Source of the DNA: Eledone cirrhosa
Taxonomy: Eukaryota
Direction: 5' to 3'
Length of the DNA stretch: 64,000 nt
NCBI GenBank assembly: GCA_964016885.1
Contig: OZ024743.1
Location: 105,090,001 to 105,154,000, forward strand
This document shows, in pieces, positions 25,685-38,759 of the stretch. Below the pieces are notes generated by a model. It was not told the origin of the DNA, searched no databases, and worked only from the letters and a program-made list of their open reading frames with translations. Numbering within the stretch: position 1 is the stretch's first letter; each line of letters begins with the position of its first letter. Both the position numbers and the translations under genes were made by a program.

Positions 25685-25990
25685 TACATTTACACTATAT
25701 TTAGCTCTATACCTCGCTACTGACGTGAACCTAATCATCGAGTGGTCACCTGGGTGAACCTACAGTAACTTCACGTTACACTCCCTGGATACACACACAC
25801 ACACACGCGCGCGCGCGCACACACACACACATATATATATATATATCAAATGAAACAACGGAGTTAAGGACTCGCGTTTATCACTGTAATTTAATGAGCT
25901 CAAGGGAAAATTTCCGGGCTCTTCAAAATACAATATAGAGAGGAAACTACACGAAAAAATGTGTTTTCAATTACAGAGGGTATAAGGCCA

Positions 25991-26032
<42 letters not shown>

Positions 26033-26233
26033 TAAAACATGTCTATAGAATCACCAGATAAAATATATAGCGTTTCCTCTACCAATTAGTATAATTAACC
26101 ATATAAAAAATCAATTAGACCAAGCTATAAGGAGAAAGGCTCCTATGAAGAAATCTCCGACAAATAACCGAATATATATATATATAAATCTCCGACAAAT
26201 AACCGAATATAATATATATATATATATGTAAAC

Positions 26234-26286
<53 letters not shown>

Positions 26287-26289
<3 letters not shown>

Positions 26290-27905
26290 TGCCCCGCAAT
26301 AGTGTTTACAACACATTAGGAAAAATGCGGTTTTAGGTATTTTTAATAAAGTTAGGGTAATGAAAATGTAACTACTGATAGAACATATAGTTAGGCATCT
26401 AATGATACAATCATATTTTTAAAAAAATAACAAAGAAATAACTCATGAAGAAAAATCAATATTTTTATAACGCAAAAGTTTACAACACATTTTATATTTA
26501 TCGCTTTTTTTTCAAGAAAATTCTTAAATTTTCAGATTTAAAATTCAGTAGAATGTTCTAGATTAGGTTTAAGGTAACTTCTAAGGACAATTAAAAACAT
26601 ACGTCATTATTTTTCTGACAACCATCCTGTAAACATTGACAACTGTCCTGTAAACATTGACAATATGGGGAAAAATAAACTGATTGATCAAGACCTCCGT
26701 AAACGCATTGTAGACCTTCATACAAATAGTGTTGGTTATAGAAAGATATCTTGTCAGTTAAATGTGCCATTGAGTTCAGTTGGTACTATAATTCGTCACT
26801 TGAAATTTCATCATTCCATCTGTCCTCTAATTAGTTCTGGTCGTCCTAGAAAGATAACGGAATGTGCAGCTCGGTTATTGACAAGAAAGGTTGGCAACGA
26901 ACCTCGGTGTACTCTTAAAAATCTTTAGGATGACCTAGAAAGAAGTGGAGTAAAAGTGAGAACAGATACAATTAGTCGTTCACTACATCGATATGATATC
27001 TTCTCGAGGTCTACAAGGAAAACACCACTTCTTACGAGGAAACACGTTCTTCGTCGATTAAACTTTGCAAATGAGAATCTCATCAAACCTGCGTCATTTT
27101 GGGAAGATGTATTTTGGTCGGACGAAACAAAAATTGAACTTTTTGATCGAAATGCTGTGGCAAAAGTCTGGAGAAAGAAAGGTACTGAATATTCGCTGAA
27201 GAATACTATTCCAACTGTAAAATTTGGAGGTGGATCAGTCATGGTCTGGGGTTGCTTTAGTGCCATAGGTGTAGGAAATATTGAAATAATAGAAGGAAGA
27301 ATGGATGGCGCTTATTATAGAGGTATTTTGCAAAAGGAATTTACATCAAAGTGCACATTCTCTCAGCTTAAAGCCAGTTTGGTTTTTTCAACAAGATAAC
27401 GATCCAAAGCATACTGCAAAGCTAACACAATCTTGGTTAAGTACGAATGGAATAAATGTTCTAAAATGGCCAAGTCAGTCTCCAGATCTTAACCCGATCG
27501 AAAATTTGTGGGGAGAACTGAAACTCAGAATTCAAAAAAGGAAACCCCAAAATATCCCTGAACTAAAGAAAATTTGTTGTGAAGAATGGAAAAATATTAG
27601 CCAAGAAACATGCAAGAAGTTTGTAGGAGGCTACTCATAACGCCTATAGGCTGTAATTAGCAACAAAGATTACGCTTCGAAATATTAAGAGATGATTTAA
27701 TAAATGTGTTGTAAACTTTTGCGTTATAAAAATATTGATTTTTCTTCATGAGTTATTTCCTTGTTATTTTTTTAAAAATATGATTGTATCATTAAATGCC
27801 TCATTATATGTTCTAACAGTAGTTAAATTTTCATTAACCTAACTTTATTAAAAATACCTAAAACCGCATTTTTCCTAATGTGGGGTAAACTTTTGCGGGG
27901 CACTG
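26287..27905 (+). mobile_element. Tc1 DD34E transposon with long IR/DR termini
   Basis: CAGTG...CACTG ends lie in (TA)n. The ~205 bp inverted repeats (26287-26491 and 27702-27905) each carry outer and inner copies of cgcaaaagtttacaacacatt. Confidence 0.95.
26665..27688 (+). pseudogene. Tc1 transposase, inactivated
   Basis: Paired-like HTH with SGRPRK, then [14 protein letters not shown] and SPDLNPIENLW, with 34 residues between D and E. Stop at 26926-26928, frameshift at ~27335 and stop at 27638-27640. Confidence 0.93.
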
Positions 27906-28010
27906 TATATATATATATATATATATATACAATCGCTCTGTATAATCAGCTCCTGATTATTACTGGAATTCTATAAGAATCCAGCTTCAATAATTTTCGG
28001 CGGAGTACGT

Positions 28011-28052
28011 GGCTCTGATGAACGCCAACCAGCGTGAAACAGACTATCAGCT
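28011..28052 (+). ncRNA. Minimal hammerhead ribozyme motif
   Basis: ggct CTGATGA acgc caacca gcgt GAAA cagacta TC agct. Stem III is imperfect. Confidence 0.65.
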
Positions 28053-28176
28053 TCTCTCCCTTCTTCCGCCGAAAAGAAGTAAGTGATATACTCACTACTT
28101 TAAAACTGATAGCGTATGGTCTTCTAAATGTTTTTAATTAAGAATACGGTCTATTGCTAAATATACTATACATACA

Positions 28177-28235
<59 letters not shown>

Positions 28236-28314
28236 GTGTGTGTGTATATGTGTGTATACACACACACACACACACACACACAACACACACACACACTCAC
28301 ACACACAAACACAC

Positions 28315-28361
<47 letters not shown>

Positions 28362-28395
28362 TTACAGTAATCAAAGTTCAGTTTAAGTCATTTAT

Positions 28396-28444
28396 TTGCT
28401 TACAATTGTTTCCTCCAAACCGAGGTTTGGATTCTTCGGAGCAA
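28396..28444 (-). ncRNA. Penelope pLTR hammerhead motif (CCGAAGA core variant)
   Basis: ttgct CCGAAGA atccaaacc tc ggtttggag GAAA caattg TA agcaa ataaa. Confidence 0.7.
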
Positions 28445-29964
28445 CTATTTATAACATACTTGACCTCCTTTTCAACCCAAGAGACACATAAAACATATGC
28501 GCATATTGGTCAACAGTGGGGTGACATTCATCAAATGAAACAGCATGGCAATTTACATATAAAGTGTTACATGATAAAAATAAAATAAAATAAAATAAAA
28601 TAAAAGCAAGAGTGAAAATAAAGATAAACATGAAGCGTTGGCAGTCTATGAAGATAAAGCAAGAGGAAAGCTTAGAGTAGTCAGTGCATGAAGCAATCTC
28701 CCGTGTAGCATGCACGCTTGTCTTATCTATACATAATTAGAGTGCGTCAGAATGATATTTGCAGGGTCAGGCAGTTGAAACAGGCAATCGATCTAATAAT
28801 ATAGGCTGAATTAATAAGTCATTAATTCTCATACATCTGTATGATATACAGTCTCGGATGCGGGGAAACACCAAAATATCAAAAACCTTCAACATACTAT
28901 AAACCTTATTGTATCGTAGGCAAGGTCGTACCACTGTCCTTGCTCACACCACCAGTCACATAATCCATGAGACGCAATATATATATAGAGAACACGCGTC
29001 TATCGTATAATTCGCAGTGGTTCAGCATATAGTCAAGCTATAAACGGTATCCAGTCGGTTCTTAATTAATATATCATGCTGTCCAAATTCCGGAAGTGCC
29101 TGAATGATTAAGGGGAATTAATGCGTAAGGGGAGGTAACTAGCTAGTTATTTTAGTTACATTACTATGTTAAACTACGTGCCTATCATGTGAAGTTATAA
29201 CTAATATCTAGAGTATGGTACCCATTTATAAGTTAGAGAGTTGTTCATTAAGAAGTACAAGGGTGTATATACCAGGATGATTGCCAACCAATAATTAAGG
29301 GGTGTCATATCTGAACGTTCTATAAGAGGAGTCGGACTCTCAAGTCCCTGTTCCATGCAAATGTAATACAACAGTAGGACCTGGTATGGTCCCACTTTTA
29401 TATATGCCACCCGGTAGGCTCCGGGTCATTGCCTACCTGCATCTCCAGTAAATCTTCGGTATGGTCCGGAGATCCGATCTCTCACATAAACGCACTAGTC
29501 TGGCCATCAGGTAATAGACAACCCCCGTCTCAAATATAAATCAATTATGTATCACATTTCCAAGCTAGAGTGGAGTCTATTAATAGGTATTAAAGGAGTC
29601 CACATCAAGATGATTACGTTCATAATTCAATGAACTGATCGCTTACAGTATATACTCACTTAACAATACGATTATCTATCTAATCATCAATCTATCTCTT
29701 GGTGGTAATCTATGCACAGGACTATGCTATCACAACGGGTACCGTGTCCCCAGTTTATACTAATCTTATATTTGTGCAATGCAGAATAAGTAGTCCACGG
29801 TCGGGATTTCAGTATTAGAGGTACAAGGGGGTATTCCCAGGGTAGGTGGCACTCAAATGCTGTCAGTATTATCTTTAGGGTATAGAGATGGGTGTGGATG
29901 TGAGGTGTAAGGTGTGCTACTGATGTTAATTGCTAGGGGTGGTGCCGGTTCCAGTCTGACATTA

Positions 29965-31460
29965 TTATATATAGGGTTTAAAGTTTTGGAACGAGTGTCG
30001 GAAGCGGTGTTGGCAATTTGCGAACACTTCTGATTTTTTATTAAGGAGATTATGTTTAAAAAAGATGATAGTATGGGTCTCTAGTAGACAGAGGTTACAA
30101 AATTTATCAGGTGGTTTGTACGATGTTGCACTACCTACCACTTCCCATTTAAGTGTATATATTTTATTTTTAGTTTTTAGATAGTGTATGTAGCTAGATA
30201 GTGAAGTGGAGTTGGCTAGACTGTGTTTTTTGAAAGAGTGGAGGTGCGAATTGTATCTAGTTTTGAAGCAGTTAGAAGTGGAGCCTATGTAGGTTTCAGA
30301 AGAGCTGTTAGTTGTGACTGTACATGAGTATATGATATCCTTGGTTAAGCATTTTTTATCTAAAGGGCAGGTTCTACTTGATCTACAGTTACAATTACTC
30401 TGGGTGCTAGTCTGCCGGTTACTATGCTGTGTAGAAGTTTGGAGGTTAGCTATAGGGTTATGGTTATGCGGGTTGTGGTACGCAGCGTTAATGTTTACAC
30501 TAGTGCTATTACTACTATTTCCATTGATATTACGGTTATTTGTTATAATGTTACTTTGACTGTCATTTTGAATGTTATTTTGAAGGTTTATCGACCGTTG
30601 TGATTTAGTTTGTTGGAAGTAAGAATTAATTTTTTCTTTTATTTGTACTTGCTAAGTTAGGCGTAGTAGAGTATGAGATCTTAATAGTGTTTTTGTTTAA
30701 AAGGCCGTGGTACCTGTGGCCGGATGGGAAGTGTTTATCTAGTAGTGAGAAGAAAGCCATAGGAAGGTTGGTAGAGACGTTTAAATTGAAAGGAGGGTTG
30801 AAAAATGTATTATTTCTTCTTCTATTTCTGTTTTTTATGTTTTTTATGTCTGGTGATTTGTTTCCTTTAATGTTCCTATGGTCATTTCTGTGGTGCGGGT
30901 TACTCTTGTTGTTACAATCCCTATTAGTGTGTGTGCAGTTGCTATTCTTATTATTAAATTTTCTCATGGACATGTTGTGTGAAATGATGTTGTAGCTATG
31001 TGTTTTTGTAGGTAGGAACTCTATCCCTGTATTATGGCCTGATCTAGCTAATGCCTGATTATAATACTGCGAGTTATTGTTAAATGTGTTTATGTCATAG
31101 GATAGATTAGAGATTCTATTAGATACTCCCTTAGAGATAGAGTTCAATATAGATTTAGGGTGGTTAGACTTGGTATCTACGTAGATGAGTTTTTCATTAG
31201 GTTTGTGGAAAGGTGCATATATCATTGAGTCTAAGTAGAGTATGGCGTCTAGGAAGTTGACGTTTTTGGTGTTTTTGTCCATGGTAATACTAAGGTTAAA
31301 GTTTTTGAATGTTTTGTGCAATAGTTTTCTAGTCCTTTCTATATTGAATTTTTTATAGTCTATAAGTAGGAGTGCATCATCGCGATACAAACCACCGCTG
31401 AGGTACGGAAGTTCCCTGTGGATTAGGTTAAGTAAGTATAGGCCAACCAAATCAGTGACC
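29965..31460 (-). pseudogene. Penelope-like RT (C-terminal part) + GIY-YIG endonuclease
   Basis: GLYRDDAL, VNFLD, HKPN...SNHP and FFNPPFN. After a frame break at ~30630 it reads CNCRSSRTCPLDKKCLTKDIIYSC...YIGSTSNCFKTRYNSHLHSF...CNLCLLE...CQH, ending in a stop at 29965-29967. Confidence 0.9.
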
Positions 31461-32064
31461 TGCGTTTATAGCTTGACTATATGCTGAACCACTGCGAATT
31501 ATACGATAGACGCGTGTTCTCTATATATATATTGCGTCTCATGGATTATGTGACTGGTGGTGTGAGCAAGGACAGTGGTACGACCTTGCCTACGATACAA
31601 TAAGGTTTATAGTATGTTGAAGGTTTTTGATATTTTGGTGTTTCCCCGCATCCGAGACTGTATATCATACAGATGTATGAGAATTAATGACTTATTAATT
31701 CAGCCTATATTATTAGATCGATTGCCTGCTTCAACTGCCTGACCCTGCAAATATCATTCTGACGCACTCTAATCATGTATAGATAAGACAAGCGTGCATG
31801 CTACACGGGAGATTGCTTCATGCACTGACTACTCTAAGCTTTCCTCTTGCTTTATCTTCATAGACTGCCAACGCTTCATGTTTATCTTTATTTTCACTCT
31901 TGCTTTTATTTTATTTTATTTTATTTTATTTTTATCATGTAACACTTTATATGTAAATTGCCATGCTGTTTCATTTGATGAATGTCACCCCACTGTTGAC
32001 CAATATGCGCATATGTTTTATGTGTCTCTTGGGTTGAAAAGGAGGTCAAGTATGTTATAAATAG

Positions 32065-32113
32065 TTGCTCCGAAGAATCCAAACCTCGGTTTGGAGGAAA
32101 CAATTGTAAGCAA
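32065..32113 (+). ncRNA. Penelope pLTR hammerhead motif, inverted copy
   Basis: Same sequence as 28396-28444, on the opposite strand. Confidence 0.7.
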
Positions 32114-32318
32114 ATAAATGACTTAAACTGAACTTTGATTACTGTAATCTCTATATAACTGCTCTGTATAACAACTGATGTTATTACATTGAGCTATTTA
32201 ACTTACTGGTAATAGGATAGTAATTATAGACTATCTCTCACTATTTAGGGTTTGTGTATATATGATACATTACCATCAAAGGTTTTATTGCATACATAAC
32301 CATAAATAGTACCCTTAA

Positions 32319-32374
<56 letters not shown>

Positions 32375-32395
32375 TACATATATATATACAAATAA

Positions 32396-32471
<76 letters not shown>

Positions 32472-32634
32472 TACACATAGTCTTGATTTCTCTTGTTACA
32501 GTATCTGCTGCATTATTAAAACCAAAACAACTAAAAACCTAGTTTTCAAAGAGTTGAAGCCTATTGAAAGCTATAGGTGGAGATTTAGAGAGGAGCTGAT
32601 ACACTTCACATAGTCACGTGCATAATGTTATATA

Positions 32635-34570
<1,936 letters not shown>

Positions 34571-34576
34571 ATCCTT

Positions 34577-34633
<57 letters not shown>

Positions 34634-34971
34634 TATATATAGGGGCATGAGAGTGAGATCCATCATCTCGACAGTAGTCGACGAGTGATGATGATGATAT
34701 TATATATAGAGTTATACACTCAAAATAGTCTTTTACAATTAAATAGCTCAAAGAAAGAAATATTTTCGAGCCGTGTAATACAAATGAATATATGATAGGG
34801 ATAAACACTGATACGATTATAGATGTGTTCGCATTGCAAATGACCAAGTTAGTTAGATTGAAAAATACTAATTAAAATAATACGGTTTGCCTGTCTCGAT
34901 TTAAAATAATAAATCAATAAAAACAAACCTATATTGACAATAGCCGTGATACCCGGACAAATTTTAAATTT

Positions 34972-36985
34972 GTTTTTCTATTAAAGATTTTATGATATTT
35001 ATGAATTTTAGGGATGTGTTTGTTACCCAGTGTGAAGAAAGTGTAAGGTAGTTATGTTTTTATAGAGGAGTTAAACACTGGATTGAACCATAAGTAGTTT
35101 CTATCTCTGCATCTTCTATAGAAAAAACTATCAAACTTTCATACTCCACTGCCAACAACATAGAATCGCACATAGATAAAATTAACTATAAAAGAATTTA
35201 TAATACAAGTAGCCCGCAAATAAGTACCATAACACCAAATAAAAAACATAAGCATATAATATCATCACAACCAAACACATGTCTGAACACATCACCACAA
35301 TACATCAACAAACCCAATTCTCAGCCCGTACATAGCAACCTACAAAACCATATCGAAGAACCGGCACATAGAAAAGCATCTAAATGTAACTGTCATCTAC
35401 TTGATAAATACCCATTACAAAATAGATGCATGGAGACAAATATAGTATACCTATGTACTATAAATTCAGGTAGCTTAGCATGGCATTACATTGGTTCCAC
35501 AGCTGGAGAGTTTAAGAAAAGGTGGTACGTACATCGACACTCTATGACTAGCAGGAATCTCTCAAAGACAACGACTCTCGCCAATAAAATCTGGCAACTC
35601 AGGGATGCAAACATGGAATATAAAATCAGCTAGACGAAGCTATCAAAAACAATAGCCTATCAAATTGGTATGCGCCACTGCGGTCTCTGTAATATGGAAC
35701 CTTTCCAAATTTTAAATTACAACAAAATGCTTCTTAACAGTAAAATTGAAAGAATTATTGTCTGTCGGCATAAAACGGCGACCAAATTTGAGAACTTTAG
35801 ACCAGCTTAATTTCATCTTATCTATTCTATAACCCAAATTGTACCACTTAGATCTATTATAATATCACATTATTATCATCATCATCATCATCATCATCAT
35901 TATTATAATTGTCATCATCTATCAATGAACAACATCAAAACCTCTTATATTTACATTCTTATTTTATATATCTCTATCTTTCACTCTCTATCTCTATATT
36001 TCTCTCCCTAAATTTATTTCATCTCTGGCATTTTATTTTATCATATAATATAACTTACAACTAATTAATTATTTTATTTATTAAAATAACCAATACAAAC
36101 TTAAATATATTTAACATTATCATATTTATACCTTCGTATCTCTATATTTTAGCCACTCTCAAAAACCACTTTCAATAATCTTAATATGTTTAAATTTTCT
36201 TCGCACATTTTTACTGTTTTACTTATTTATTTTCATATTTTCATTTTTCGTTTTTCATACCATTTTGTACCATTTTGTATCATATGGGATGTAATTTATT
36301 TATTTATTTATATATTTATTTACATTTATTCATGTATTAACGTTTCATTTATTGTTGATATCATTATTTTCCCTCTATTTTTCTTTCTCTCCTACATTAT
36401 TTCTCCTTATGCTTGTCTCTCCTCATTCTATCATCTTTTCTCCATATATTTTCTTTCTCTCCATATTTTGCTCTGTATCCATTTCTCCTTTTTCTTCTTC
36501 TTTCTCTTTTTCTTTTTCTTTTTGCTTTTCCTTTCTTTCTTTCCTTTATCTATCTTCCTTTCTTTCTTTTTTTCTCTCTCTATCTTTATTATTAATATTA
36601 TTATTGATGATGTAATCTGAATTTGTAAATTTGACGGTTATATATATTTTTGTAACAGTTTCTGATGACCTGATTGAGCTAGCATCGTATTTGAAATTGA
36701 GTGGCACTGCTTCTAGTGTTCAGCAATTTTTAGACAACTTAATCAGAGGAATAATTGTTAGAGTGTAAATAAATCCCCTTTTTTGTACTGTTGAACATGT
36801 TATTCTTCACTATTTCAATTTTATTATTCCGAGATAAACTTACATAGGAATAAAAGTGAAATAATAAACTTGTCATCTACGTAAACCTCTTGTTGAGTCA
36901 AACAACGCCGTACGTTAAAGCTATCCATAATAATAAGTATTCACTACCTCTAATTGGATTACTTATAACGATAATTTGTTATCCC
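34972..36985 (+). mobile_element. Second diverged copy of the same Penelope-like family, with 5' inversion
   Basis: GIY-YIG remnant IVYLCTI...YIGSTAGEFKKRWYVHRHS (35430-35810, internal stop). The upstream ORF piece is inverted at 34972-35118, and a degenerate hammerhead lies at 36655-36770. Confidence 0.82.
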
Positions 36986-36991
36986 TTATAC

Positions 36992-37079
<88 letters not shown>

Positions 37080-37129
37080 CATATATATATATACACATAT
37101 ATATATATATAACATTATGCATATATATG

Positions 37130-37179
<50 letters not shown>

Positions 37180-37628
37180 GGAGGTGAGTTTTATTGTAGT
37201 ACAATAAAGCAATGCAGATATCGGATAAGAAGCACTCTACAGTTTGTAGGACTGGAGTATACATAATATATAAGAACATATTCGCACATATTTTTCCCTT
37301 CGTTAATTTTCAAATTCTTTTAATTTATACATTATCTTCCAACGGTTTTCAACCCCTCTATGTAAAACAATATATCTTTCTCAGTTATAAAAACTATCTC
37401 TCTCTCTCTATCACCCATCTCTTCTCTTATCTCATCCTTCCTCATTATACTCCTCCCTCTCCACCTTCACTCTCATCTCCTCCTCTTTTTTTTTCATCCT
37501 TTCCACCCCCCCCTCTAAATAAAATATTTTTCCCAATATCACACATCAATCTAAAACTACTTCTCATATGTTGATTTAAAACTGAACTATCCACAAGTGT
37601 TTTTTAGCCTTCATATCATGTCCTCCTG

Positions 37629-37695
37629 TTTTATCTGATGAAAACACAAATATTATTGCATGATGATATTTGTTTTTGAAATGCGCATAATAAAA
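37629..37695 (+). ncRNA. Minimal type I hammerhead ribozyme with intact core
   Basis: ttttat CTGATGA aaacacaaatattatt gcat gatgatatttgttttt GAAA tgcgca TA ataaaa. Stem I is 6 bp and stem III is palindromic. Confidence 0.82.
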
Positions 37696-37727
37696 TACAT
37701 GGAACTCCTTTAACCATCTTTTGTTCT

Positions 37728-37802
<75 letters not shown>

Positions 37803-37805
<3 letters not shown>

Positions 37806-37943
37806 GAAGACGAAGGTTAACGTATGTTGATGCTCTAAGGACAGACACTGGTCTGTTGGAGACGCGGGACATGGCAGCTATAATGAGGGACAGAGACCGC
37901 TGGAGAGAACTCGTCCATGGATCTCGGGAATTTTACCGGCCCT
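37803..37943 (+). mobile_element. 3' fragment of an RTE-type LINE
   Basis: GRRRLTYVDALRTDTG...MAAIMRDRDRWRELV is a typical RTE ORF C-terminus, and the fragment is embedded in (TA)n. Confidence 0.7.
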
Positions 37944-38185
37944 ACATATATATATATATATATAACAACTAGAAATTGATTAACATATAAATAAACATAT
38001 GAAACAATCACAGGGATCATTTGTAAAAGTGTGTAAGCACACATAGCTCGGTAGGTAACTAAATAAAGTTTAACTAGAACTTCAAAAATAGATACCTTAT
38101 TTTACGGGGGATATGGCGCATGTCTTTCTGGCATGACACCCATAATTTGATTTGGATTAAATTTATTTTGATTTATCTTAATTTT

Positions 38186-38257
<72 letters not shown>

Positions 38258-38388
38258 CTGAGCATATATATATATATATATATATGCATATATATATATA
38301 TATGACTGAGCACATAACACACACACAGAAACAAAATGGCGTAGGACAGAACAAAGGAGAGGCACAAAAACAAAGAAACGAATCCCCA

Positions 38389-38431
38389 GTCACTGAAGAA
38401 GTCACAGAGTGTGTGACGAAAGAACTATGAC
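38389..38431 (+). ncRNA. Minimal hammerhead ribozyme motif
   Basis: gtca CTGAAGA a gtcaca gagtg tgtgac GAAA gaac TA tgac. There is an extra A before stem II. Confidence 0.65.
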
Positions 38432-38631
38432 AATATATAAACAACTATCTGGTTGTGGAACCAACCAACCAACCAGAAATTTATAAATTTATAATTTTAT
38501 TATAAATTTATTATAATAAATTGAAGTGAAAGCAGCTGGTGCGTGTGTTTCTTATTGGCAACATGACCCTCCCAAAGTATAAGAATATATATATATATAT
38601 ATTTATTAAAATAACAGATTAAAGTTTAAGC

Positions 38632-38710
38632 AAAGAATCGCTGCTTTCACCCTTAACGGGTTCTTCTGAAACTCAGAAGATCCCGTTAAGGGTGAAAGCA
38701 GCGATTCTTT
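38632..38710. repeat. 79 bp near-perfect palindrome of two hammerhead-like halves
   Basis: aaagaatcgctgctttcacccttaacgggttcttctga-aac-tcagaagatcccgttaagggtgaaagcagcgattcttt. Confidence 0.85.
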
Positions 38711-38759
38711 ACTTTAGTCTTCAAATTTATTATTATTATTATTATTATTATTGTTGTTA

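Larger units (their letters stand above)
28357..32320 (-). mobile_element. 5'-truncated Penelope-like element with inverted pseudo-LTR
   Basis: RT C-terminal half plus GIY-YIG on the minus strand. A 690 bp inverted repeat (28357-29046 and 31463-32152) carries a hammerhead motif in each arm. Confidence 0.9.

Noticed and set aside
25862-25930. Degenerate hammerhead on the minus strand (TTGAAGA...AAAcgcgagTC)
   Set aside because: The core and stems I and II are too disrupted to support a call.
28449-32103. Duplicated 88 aa ORFs (28449-28715 and 31794-32060)
   Set aside because: They are chance ORFs in the non-coding inverted pLTR arms.
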